Assembly: GCA_963787835.1 (NCBI GenBank)
Contig: CAWBEI010000002.1
Location: 800,001 to 864,000, forward strand
Direction: 5' to 3'
Length of the DNA: 64,000 nucleotides
Source: Ignavibacteriota bacterium
GTDB taxonomy: Bacteria; Bacteroidota; Ignavibacteria; Palsa-1295
The notes below the pieces were generated by a model. The model saw only the letters and a list, made by a program, of their open reading frames with translations, was not told where the DNA came from and ran no database searches. Of this stretch, positions 55,232 to 64,000 are shown piece after piece. Made by a program: the position numbers and the translations under genes. Each line of letters starts with the position of its first letter. Position 1 is the first letter of the stretch.

Positions 55232-58200
55232 TTTTATGAACAAGAGAACCATGAAACATACTATCGCCACGCTGACTGCGGCGTTATTACTTGCGACGTT
55301 GTGCGGGACAGCGAGCGCGCAGTCCAGCGCGCTCATTCATCACACCATTGTGAAAACGCGCAACACCCCTCCGCCGGAAGGCCGGGATTTCTGGTTTGCG
55401 ATGATGTCCAACTACTGGGGTGAGGACTTGGGTGGGAAGTATATGCGTATTTACATTACCTCCGCCAACAACTGCAACGCGTTTGTTGCGTCGAATGGCA
55501 ATGTGACGCCGGTTCCCGTTCAGGCCTATAAGATCTCGAGCTTCAAGATCCCCGAGTTCTGGGAAATGGAGTCCAGCGGTATCGTAGAGAACAAGGCGAT
55601 CCATGTTTATTCCAATACTGCTGACCTCACGGTGTATGACATGTCCCATAATCCTTATACCTCGGATGGTTCTTACATCATTCCTACCATTGGTTGGGGC
55701 ACGGATTACGTTGTAGCCGCGTATGGGTCGCTCTTCGAAGGTTCGGGTTCCTATGTCTATGATCTTCCCTCTACTATGGCAATTGTTTCCGATCAGGATA
55801 ATACGATCGTCACCATCACACCTTCCTGCGATTGCCGCCAATGCACCAGTGGAAACGATGCCGGTGATCCAAACTCGGCGATCGTCGTATATCCCAACGG
55901 GGTTCCCGTTCAGTTCCAGCTTAATCGCGGCCAAAGCTTGCAGATGATGCCGGTCAAGGCATCGGATACCGCTAATTTTGACCTGACGGGTACGATCATA
56001 CATTCGAATCAGCCCATTGGCGTTTCCGGCGGATCGGTCTGCCCGAATATCCCGGCCGGTTTCCCGTATTGTGACCATGTCGAGGATATGATGCCTCCCG
56101 TCCGTACCTGGGGTGAGACGTATTATGCGACCAATAATATTCAGTCAGCGGGAATGTCCGGACATGATTATACTCGTTACTTATTCATATCATCTCAGCC
56201 AAATCAAACTGTTTATCGCTCCGATTTCACAACCGGCCAACATACGGAATGTATCATTCCCAATAAATGTGGAATCTATTGGGATGAACTTGAAGGTGCC
56301 CAAAAGTTTACGAGCACCGCCCCGTTCCTTGTAGTATCGTACATGAACAGCTCGACGTATCCCGATGGCATCGGTGGCTTGGGTGATCCTGCGGAGTGCA
56401 TCATTCCTCCGAAAGACCATTTTAAGCAATCCGTTCTATTCGCGAACCCCCTAAGTGTCGGTAATATTGTGCCCTACGATAATTATGTAAACATCATTTG
56501 CAGAGATAGCGATCAGAGATATACGCTCTACGATGGGAAGGGTATTCTCGGCCTCGGCGCTCAGCCAATCGATGATACGTTCGTGATCGTTAATGTGCCA
56601 CATAGCGCGCCCGGCACTCATTCGGCAACGCAGGATACCACTCGTGATCCTACCGCAGCCGGCATTGGCCTCTATTGTTATGGTTATGGCTACGATGAAT
56701 CCTACGCATGGACGGGCAGCTTCGGAACCGCGACATTTCATTCCCCAGATACCGTAGTCCCAAAAGTTGATACAACAGGGCGGTGCTATACCGCATATAT
56801 TCATGTGACCGATTCCGGGTTCTTGCCAAATGACTCTACAAAACAAAGCGCCCTCAGCGAAATACGCCTTGATTCGGTTTATAACATGTCCTACATACCC
56901 GATCCCAACTTTATTGAAGGCGCAGGACAAGACAGCAGCGATTACGTGATGTACGTTGTCGATCCAACCAAGCCTGCAATACTTGTTGTCGAAGTGTATG
57001 ATATTGCCGGGAATGAAACGAAGATCACAAGCGTGTATGAGCCGTTAGAATTTATCATGGAACCACCAGTGCAAAATCTTGGAGTATGGGGTACTGGGGT
57101 TGCTCCAAATGTCGCATACGATACGATCTATAATTTAGGAGAGGTACCACTCACTCTCAACGAACTTCATTTGTTGTATGGTAATGTCGGATTTTCTATT
57201 TATGATAGTGTGGGGGGGCCGCTCGATCTATCGCCGCTTCAGCCGGGTCAGCGCAGAATTATACAGATACAATTCGAAGCCTTAGTATCCACACGGGCTG
57301 TCGATAGTATTATTTACGGCAACACGTGTGATTTCCAATCCGTCGCTGTTATTGGCGGCGGCGGTGCTCCGGATTTCATCGTTACCGATCAGATGTGGCC
57401 GCGCGAGTTGCTTACCAAACCACGGACGTGCTACCCGAAAGCTGTCACAATCGAAAATCTTACCAAGAGTACGATTACTATTGACTCTGAGTGGTGGGCC
57501 GACACGGTACATTTCCATGCCGATCCCATTAATCACTTCCCATTCACTGTTCCGCCCTCACCTGGTAATGCAGCGTTCGTTATCGACTATTGTCCCGACT
57601 CCAGCTCACTGCTCTCGTCCAATCACACGGCTGGGAACTGGATAAGTCCGCTGGTCTTGAAAACGGATGGCAAAACACAAGACCCGCGCATCGACAGCCT
57701 CATTGGTTGGGCTATTGCGCCGAGCCAAACATTCATTGGCGATTCCACAGTCACGATCGATTGTGCTCCGACGAACGATACCATCACGGGCCTCTTTACG
57801 ATCACCGCAACAGGAACTTACCCAACCACGATCAATCGCGTGTCTCAAACGGATTCTATTGACTTCTTCAATCTTGGAGGAACACTTGACAATGGCTTAA
57901 CATGGGACCCAACTAAAACCGCACAACAGATCGATACCGGGCAATCTGCTATTATTTCGGTTCAGTATGTCATCCCAGATCAATTCAATGGTACTGCCGT
58001 GGACTATCTAACCGCCCTTGATGGCGACAACGATACGATCGGGAACCCACTGACATTGAAGGTTACATCCAACTATTGGGGAGGCATAACGGAACCGGAT
58101 TCCTCAACGATAGCGCCTGTGCTATTCAAAGCTCCGGGCGTGCATTCAACATCTTTTTCGATCCTAAACACTGCCTCTTCTCCTTTAGAGATCGATAATC

Positions 58201-58700
58201 TTATTTTATACCCTACCACGTTCGATACCGCATTTTCCTTCACGGTAGCAACCATTCCCGCCACCGTGCCGGTAACCTTCCCATATTCAATACCGGTGGG
58301 GCAGAGTGTGCTGGTAACGGTATTGTTCAATGACTCCATGTATGACGCCCCTGTACAAACAGGCCGCTTCCAGATCAATGCCGCTTCCTGCACACCACTA
58401 ACAGAAACCGTTACGGCTACTATCTCGAACTCCAGCGTAAAGGAGCAGATCGCTCCATCACTCGAAGCAACGATCCTTCCCACAGAGGATGGCCGCTCAT
58501 TGGAGATCGTAGTTCCATCCGGCGCGATCGGCACGCTGCATTTTGAATTGGTGAATGTGCTCGGCGAGAGCATTCAACAGGCTTTGCTTGGCGCCGGCAC
58601 GCAAACTCTGGATGAAAGCGCCCTTCCACGAGGAGTGTATTTCTATCGGATTACATCGGGGCAAATAAATCAGAGTGGAAAGGTTATTTTGGGTCAATGA
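55206..58700 (+). CDS. IgGFc-binding/T9SS paralog 3 with extra Ig-like domains (likely start MNKRTMKH)
   Basis: Highly similar to paralog 2 plus about 240 aa before the CTD. Confidence 0.82.
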   Translation: MGRLFSVNNFMNKRTMKHTIATLTAALLLATLCGTASAQSSALIHHTIVKTRNTPPPEGRDFWFAMMSNYWGEDLGGKYMRIYITSANNCNAFVASNGNVTPVPVQAYKISSFKIPEFWEMESSGIVENKAIHVYSNTADLTVYDMSHNPYTSDGSYIIPTIGWGTDYVVAAYGSLFEGSGSYVYDLPSTMAIVSDQDNTIVTITPSCDCRQCTSGNDAGDPNSAIVVYPNGVPVQFQLNRGQSLQMMPVKASDTANFDLTGTIIHSNQPIGVSGGSVCPNIPAGFPYCDHVEDMMPPVRTWGETYYATNNIQSAGMSGHDYTRYLFISSQPNQTVYRSDFTTGQHTECIIPNKCGIYWDELEGAQKFTSTAPFLVVSYMNSSTYPDGIGGLGDPAECIIPPKDHFKQSVLFANPLSVGNIVPYDNYVNIICRDSDQRYTLYDGKGILGLGAQPIDDTFVIVNVPHSAPGTHSATQDTTRDPTAAGIGLYCYGYGYDESYAWTGSFGTATFHSPDTVVPKVDTTGRCYTAYIHVTDSGFLPNDSTKQSALSEIRLDSVYNMSYIPDPNFIEGAGQDSSDYVMYVVDPTKPAILVVEVYDIAGNETKITSVYEPLEFIMEPPVQNLGVWGTGVAPNVAYDTIYNLGEVPLTLNELHLLYGNVGFSIYDSVGGPLDLSPLQPGQRRIIQIQFEALVSTRAVDSIIYGNTCDFQSVAVIGGGGAPDFIVTDQMWPRELLTKPRTCYPKAVTIENLTKSTITIDSEWWADTVHFHADPINHFPFTVPPSPGNAAFVIDYCPDSSSLLSSNHTAGNWISPLVLKTDGKTQDPRIDSLIGWAIAPSQTFIGDSTVTIDCAPTNDTITGLFTITATGTYPTTINRVSQTDSIDFFNLGGTLDNGLTWDPTKTAQQIDTGQSAIISVQYVIPDQFNGTAVDYLTALDGDNDTIGNPLTLKVTSNYWGGITEPDSSTIAPVLFKAPGVHSTSFSILNTASSPLEIDNLILYPTTFDTAFSFTVATIPATVPVTFPYSIPVGQSVLVTVLFNDSMYDAPVQTGRFQINAASCTPLTETVTATISNSSVKEQIAPSLEATILPTEDGRSLEIVVPSGAIGTLHFELVNVLGESIQQALLGAGTQTLDESALPRGVYFYRITSGQINQSGKVILGQ

Positions 58701-58709
58701 TTTAATAAA

Positions 58710-61700
58710 ATGAAACATATTTGCATCACATTAACGGCGGCAATATTGATCGCCGCATTCGGGTTGTGCGAAACGGCAAGCGCGCAGTCTAACTCGCTAA
58801 TTAATCACACCATCGTGAAAACGCGCAACACCCCGCCCTTCGAAGGCCGGGATTTCTGGCTTGTTGAGCAATCGAACCAATGGGGCGAGGATCTCGGTGG
58901 GAAGTACATCCGTATTTACATTACATCGCCAAGTAATTGTACCGCCATTGTCGAATCAAACGGCAATAGGGCTACGGTATCTGTTCAAGCCAATAAACAG
59001 TCGAGCTTTGCGGTTCCTGAATTTTGGGAGATGGAGTCTAGTGGGATTGTTGAGCCTAAGGCTATCCATGTCTATTGTACGACCGCCGATCTCTCTGTTT
59101 ATAATCTGTCGCATAGCGCCTATGGATCCGAGGGAGAATATGTTATTCCTACCATTGGCTGGGGCACCGATTATGTTGTGGCTGCGTATGAATCACTATA
59201 CGAGGGAACGGATTTCAATTACGATTTCCCTTCCACCATGGCCGTTGTCTCAGATCAGGATAATACGATCCTGACGATCACGCCGTCCTGCGATTGCCGG
59301 CAGAGCACCGGCGGAAACGACGCCGGGGATGCAAATTCAACTATTATGGTCTATCCAAGTGGTGTGCCAGCGCAGTTCCAGCTTAACCGAGGGCAATCCT
59401 TGCAGCTTATGCCAGTCAAGGCGACCGATGCTGTGGGTTTCGACATGTCCGGTACCATCGTTCAAGCGAATCAACCTGTTGGCGTTTTCGGCGGATCGCA
59501 ATTAGCAGAAATTCCTTCGGGAACTCCCTATCCCGAACATGTGGAGGACATGATGCCTCCCGTCCGCACATGGGGCGAAACGTATTACGCGACCAGTTGG
59601 AATCAGTCACCCGGAAGGGAAAACCATGAATTTGCTCGTTACTTATTCATCTCATCCCAGCCAAATCAAACCATTTATCGTCACGATTTTTCAACAGGTG
59701 ATCACACGGAATGCGTCATCACTAATCAGTATGGCACCTATTGGGATGAATTTCAATACGGTCAAAAGTTCACGAGCAATGCGCCGTTCCTTGTGGTGTC
59801 GTATATCAATAGTTCGACGTATCCCGATGGCACCGGTGGCTTGGGAAATCCGGCCGAGTGCATTATCAATCCGAAAGATCATTATTCCAGGACAGTCGTT
59901 TGTGAGGTTCCTACGCCTGTCGGCAATATAGTACCCTACAATAGCTATGCAAATCTGATATGCAGAGATAGCGATGCGAGATACACGATCTTCGATGGAA
60001 ATGGTATTCTCGGCCTTGGCGCTGAACCCATTGACGACACATTCGAAGTATTCATCGTAAATATCGGACCGGGTACGCATACCGTTGTACAGGATACCAC
60101 TCGTGACCCAAACGCAGCGGGGGCAGGATTGTATATTTATGGTTACGGCAGCGATGAATCCTACGCATGGACAGGAAGCTTCGGAACTGGAACCTTTCAT
60201 TCCCTCGACACTGTCGCACCGAAAGAGTATATAAAAGGGGAATGTTACTCTGCGTATGTTCATGTGAGCGATTCCGGGCTCTTGCCTGATGGGCTAAACC
60301 ATCAGAGCGGCCTCGGGGAAATACGGCTGGACTCTTCCTATAACATGAGATTCGTGCCTGATCCGGGCTTTACTGAAGGCTCAGGATACGATACCAGCGA
60401 TTACTCGATGTTTGTTGTTGATCCAACCAAGCCTGCAATACTTGTTGTCGAAGTCTATGATATTGCCGGGAATGAAACGAAGATCACCAGCGTGTATGAA
60501 CCGTTGGATTTTAGCATCGTGCCACCACTACAAAATCTTGGCGTGTGGCATTCTGGGGTTCCACCGAATGTTGCTTACGATACACTCTTTAATTTAGGGG
60601 AGGTTCCGCTCACCCTCACAGAACTTCATCTGTTGTACGGTAATGTTGGTTTTTCGATCTATGATAGCATTGGTGGGCCGCCCGATCTATCTCCACTTCA
60701 GCCGGGTCAGCACAGACTGATACGGATTCAATTCGAAGCCGTAATATTAACGCGTGCTGTTGACAGCATTATATTTGGCACCACCTGTGATGTTCAATCC
60801 GTTGCCGTTCTTGGCAGTGGTGGTGCGGCTGATTTTATTGTGACGGACCAAACCTGGCCTAATGAGCCGTTAGGTAACTGCTACCCGAAGGTTGTCGATA
60901 TCGAGAATTTGTCGGATGGTGCGCTTACCATTGACACTGCATGGTGGTCGGACACGGTGCATTTCAAGCCATTGAGTACATTCCCTGTCACCATTCCGGC
61001 TTCTCCTGCCAAGGTTGGATTCACGATCGAGTATTGCCCTGATTCTGGCTCGCTCACCTCGAGGAATCATGTTGGTGGTAACTGGTACAGCCCGCAAGTA
61101 CTGAGGTCGGATGGAAGCGGAAGCCAACAACCCCGTTTCGACAGCCTTATTGGTTGGGCCGTTGCACCAAGCCAAACCTTCGCTGGCGACATCGATACCA
61201 CCATCTATTGCGCTACGACGAATGAGACCGTTACCGCTGAGTTCCTAATCACGGCGACTGGAACTGCTCAAACTACTATCAAACGCGTCCATCAAACAGA
61301 TTCTATTGACTTTTTTAATCTCCAAGGTAACCTTAATATCAACAACTTGGCATGGGACCCAACGCAAACTGCACAACAGCTTGACCCGGGGGAAACGGCA
61401 ACCATTTCGGTACAGTATCTCGTCAAAGCGAAACAAAATGATTCCGTCGTGGACTACATAACCGCCTTCGACGGCAATGACGATACGATCGGGCGCAGCT
61501 TGAAACTGACGGTTATTTCAAATTATGCCAATGGCGTAACGAATCCACCTGAAGCATCCATTGGTCCATTGCTATTTCAAACTCCACCTTCACCGGGAGC
61601 AAACAGCTCAACCTTTGTGATACAAAATACCGCAAATTCGCCTTTGGAGATCGATACTATTCTCTTGCAACCAGGTCTCTATGATTCTGCATTCTCATTT

Positions 61701-62159
61701 GCGGTTGAAAAAGTACCACCCGCGGGAGCTATAACATTCCCGGATACACTCCCGGCAGGGCAAAGTTTGCAGTTAACGGTCTTTTTCAATGATTCGCTAT
61801 TTAGTGTTCGTGAGCAAACGGTGCAATTCGAGATAGTAACGAATTCCTGCTCGCCAATCACGGAAACTGTTACGGCGACCATCTCGGATGCCAGCGTAAA
61901 GGAACAGATCGCTCCATCGCTCGAAGCCACGATCCTTCCCACAGAGGATGGCCACTCCTTGGAGATCGTGGTTCCATCCGCTGCGATCGGCCCGCTGCAT
62001 TTTGAATTGGTGAATATGCTCGGGGAAAGCGTTCAACGAGCTTTGCTCGGAACTGGTACGCAAACTCTGGATGAAAGCGCTCTTCCGCGAGGGGTGTATT
62101 TCTACCGTCTTACTTCCGGGACTTTAGCCCAGAGCGGGAAGGTTATTTTGGGAGAGTAA
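58710..62159 (+). CDS. IgGFc-binding/T9SS paralog 4 with extra Ig-like domains
   Basis: Same architecture as paralog 3. Confidence 0.82.
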   Translation: MKHICITLTAAILIAAFGLCETASAQSNSLINHTIVKTRNTPPFEGRDFWLVEQSNQWGEDLGGKYIRIYITSPSNCTAIVESNGNRATVSVQANKQSSFAVPEFWEMESSGIVEPKAIHVYCTTADLSVYNLSHSAYGSEGEYVIPTIGWGTDYVVAAYESLYEGTDFNYDFPSTMAVVSDQDNTILTITPSCDCRQSTGGNDAGDANSTIMVYPSGVPAQFQLNRGQSLQLMPVKATDAVGFDMSGTIVQANQPVGVFGGSQLAEIPSGTPYPEHVEDMMPPVRTWGETYYATSWNQSPGRENHEFARYLFISSQPNQTIYRHDFSTGDHTECVITNQYGTYWDEFQYGQKFTSNAPFLVVSYINSSTYPDGTGGLGNPAECIINPKDHYSRTVVCEVPTPVGNIVPYNSYANLICRDSDARYTIFDGNGILGLGAEPIDDTFEVFIVNIGPGTHTVVQDTTRDPNAAGAGLYIYGYGSDESYAWTGSFGTGTFHSLDTVAPKEYIKGECYSAYVHVSDSGLLPDGLNHQSGLGEIRLDSSYNMRFVPDPGFTEGSGYDTSDYSMFVVDPTKPAILVVEVYDIAGNETKITSVYEPLDFSIVPPLQNLGVWHSGVPPNVAYDTLFNLGEVPLTLTELHLLYGNVGFSIYDSIGGPPDLSPLQPGQHRLIRIQFEAVILTRAVDSIIFGTTCDVQSVAVLGSGGAADFIVTDQTWPNEPLGNCYPKVVDIENLSDGALTIDTAWWSDTVHFKPLSTFPVTIPASPAKVGFTIEYCPDSGSLTSRNHVGGNWYSPQVLRSDGSGSQQPRFDSLIGWAVAPSQTFAGDIDTTIYCATTNETVTAEFLITATGTAQTTIKRVHQTDSIDFFNLQGNLNINNLAWDPTQTAQQLDPGETATISVQYLVKAKQNDSVVDYITAFDGNDDTIGRSLKLTVISNYANGVTNPPEASIGPLLFQTPPSPGANSSTFVIQNTANSPLEIDTILLQPGLYDSAFSFAVEKVPPAGAITFPDTLPAGQSLQLTVFFNDSLFSVREQTVQFEIVTNSCSPITETVTATISDASVKEQIAPSLEATILPTEDGHSLEIVVPSAAIGPLHFELVNMLGESVQRALLGTGTQTLDESALPRGVYFYRLTSGTLAQSGKVILGE

Positions 62160-62163
62160 CCGG

Positions 62164-63012
62164 TCACTCCCTTATCAGCATCACGCTTTTCGTCACGTGC
62201 GCAGCATCGCTCGATGCATCGATGCGCAGCAGGATCGCGCCTTGTGTCTCGGCAAGTCCGGTGAGATCCATCAGGTTCTCCCCGGCTGATCCGTTCTTCG
62301 TCAGGTGCAGTACTTCTCTTCCGAGTGCGTCGTATCCATTGATAATGACACTGGCTTGCTGGGAAAGCGTAAACTCAAGAGTTCCCGAACTTCGCATGGG
62401 GTTGGGATAGGTAACAAGATCCGAGAGCAAGCCGGTTTGGCCACCCCCATCGGATACGCTCAGCAGGTGCGGAGTTGTATTGTAGTAGAGCGTGATAATA
62501 GCCGGTTCCCAGTTTGTGGCATAGTTGGTATCCGTGGGGTCTGTAATATCGATCGTGACGGAATCCTGCGCGGTCATATCCACCATTTTGAGGAACGGAG
62601 CGCCGTATGGGGTGATCCAAATACCCTTCACTGCCGGTGGGATCAGGCTGCGATCCCAGGAAAGCACTGCTGGATACACGAACGCGGAAAGGTAGAACTT
62701 ATATTGAATGATAAACGAATCGGCCTTCGGCATCTGCATAATATCGATCAGGGAAGAGATCGTATCTCCCGGCAGCTCGAACGCAACATAGTACCCTCCC
62801 GGACTTGGGCCGGGGAACCACTGCTCCCCGAATAATGGGTCAAGGCCGTCGGTCGCTCCGGGATCGTAGCCGAATCCTATGGGGCTAGTCCCGCCGCCGC
62901 CGCCTGCATCTTTGTAGTGCAGGTTCAGTTGAAATTCAGGCGTTTCCGTCTGCGACCATCCTGTTCGTGAAATGGTGAGAAGAAGAAAAAGAATAATAAA
63001 TACTCGTTTCAT
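62164..63012 (-). CDS. Secreted protein with T9SS-type CTD
   Basis: Signal peptide, FGYDPGATDGLD..FGE, YPNP...YDALGREV. Confidence 0.8.
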   Translation of the reverse strand: MKRVFIILFLLLTISRTGWSQTETPEFQLNLHYKDAGGGGGTSPIGFGYDPGATDGLDPLFGEQWFPGPSPGGYYVAFELPGDTISSLIDIMQMPKADSFIIQYKFYLSAFVYPAVLSWDRSLIPPAVKGIWITPYGAPFLKMVDMTAQDSVTIDITDPTDTNYATNWEPAIITLYYNTTPHLLSVSDGGGQTGLLSDLVTYPNPMRSSGTLEFTLSQQASVIINGYDALGREVLHLTKNGSAGENLMDLTGLAETQGAILLRIDASSDAAHVTKSVMLIRE

Positions 63013-63051
63013 GGAAGTGCCTTCAATAACATCGAAATAGTTCTAAAATGC

Positions 63052-63092
63052 TCAAAGCGGGAGCCGCTTTAACATAGCAGCTCCCGCTTTGA
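63052..63092. terminator. Probable intrinsic terminator hairpin
   Basis: 13-bp stem TCAAAGCGGGAGC / GCTCCCGCTTTGA downstream of the 63131 stop. Confidence 0.6.
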
Positions 63093-63130
63093 ATAACTCT
63101 TGACCTGCCTGGTTGTTACAGGCGTCTCAA

Positions 63131-64000
63131 TTAATGCTCGAGTGTCATGCGTTGGGTCTGGACGAAATTGCCAGCTTTCAACGTGTAGTAATAAGCGCCA
63201 GCCGGAAGCTGCGTTCCATCGAATACTACCTGATGATCGCCTGCGCCCACAACGCTGTTTACGAGCGTCTGAACTACCTCGCCGAGCTGGTTATAGACGA
63301 CCAGCGAAACAACTGATTCCTGCGGCAGCGAGAAGTTGATGGTTGAAGTCTGAGAGAATGGGTTCGGTGTATTCGCCTCGAGCGCATAACCGGCGACGCT
63401 CGGTGCATCGCCCTGTTTCTCAGCGATCTGAACTTGGGTGATACCCGGATTGGAGATCGTGACAAAGCCATTGTTCACAGCAGTCCCGATAAGTGTGCCA
63501 TTCATATCCGTCACCGTGACCGGGCCAGATACGTTTGTGAACTTCATCGTAACAGGATAGCTACCTGCATGTACGTTAACGACATAGGATGTATGGTTAA
63601 AGCTCACTGCACCGTTATTCGTGGCAAAGCGCGCATCGAACGAATTGAACATACCTGGCATCTCGAAATTGCTTTCGGGCTGGTCTGTTGTGGCATTGCC
63701 AAAATACAGTACTTGTCCATTACCCTCGGCATCGTTAAAGAGAACCTGAGTAAGCTGACCTTGTAAGGTTTCGCGTGCCTGGGTTGCTTTACCGGCTGGG
63801 TAATTCCCCTGAATAGTGGAGGTAGGAGGCGGGGTCTGCAGATTGTAGAAGCCTGGCTGATCTACTTTAATAAAGTACCCGCGTCCCGGAATGAAGAAGT
63901 TCGTCATATCGTACCCACTCTGCGGAGTGAACTCCCACATGTATGGCAACCGTGTTGGCACAGGACCACCCGGCTGTTGGGTAAAGGTCATCTGCGTTCC
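63131..64000 (-). CDS. C-terminal part of a secreted T9SS-CTD protein (runs off window end)
   Basis: Frame open to the window edge; PGRGYFIK, NTPNPF...YNQLGE...PAGAYYY CTD. Confidence 0.85.
   Translation of the reverse strand, partial: GTQMTFTQQPGGPVPTRLPYMWEFTPQSGYDMTNFFIPGRGYFIKVDQPGFYNLQTPPPTSTIQGNYPAGKATQARETLQGQLTQVLFNDAEGNGQVLYFGNATTDQPESNFEMPGMFNSFDARFATNNGAVSFNHTSYVVNVHAGSYPVTMKFTNVSGPVTVTDMNGTLIGTAVNNGFVTISNPGITQVQIAEKQGDAPSVAGYALEANTPNPFSQTSTINFSLPQESVVSLVVYNQLGEVVQTLVNSVVGAGDHQVVFDGTQLPAGAYYYTLKAGNFVQTQRMTLEH

Noticed and set aside
1-64000. CRISPR array, rRNA or tRNA genes
   Set aside because: No regularly spaced identical repeats with unique spacers, no cas genes and no recognisable rRNA/tRNA sequence by eye.

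Overview
Bacterial chromosomal window, most likely FCB superphylum (Bacteroidota/Kapabacteria/Ignavibacteria-like), inferred from many secreted proteins with T9SS-type C-terminal sorting domains and TAnnTTTG promoter elements. Housekeeping genes: pstC (partial)/pstS, fused 2-oxoacid dehydrogenase E1, acyl-CoA dehydrogenase, enoyl-CoA hydratase, glgP, xseA-xseB-dxs. There are also a VapBC-type TA pair and arrays of paralogous secreted proteins. The main unusual feature is at about 26.9-41.1 kb: an apparently intact, co-oriented, canonically ordered HK97-type head module (terminase, portal, prohead protease, major capsid, head-tail adaptor, two unknown genes, lytic transglycosylase, membrane protein). 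Each of its first four junctions is occupied by host-type envelope or secreted genes. No integrase, replication, small-terminase or recognisable tail genes were seen. This suggests a domesticated, GTA-like or tail-less capsid system. It is preceded by HEPN-like and TIR genes and by a repeat-flanked MFS cassette. A second theme is several families of short palindromic or heptamer repeats that lie between genes and are also inserted in frame inside at least 9 coding sequences, including dxs, xseA, glgP, E1, portal and capsid. All calls come from reading motifs by eye; no database searches were run.
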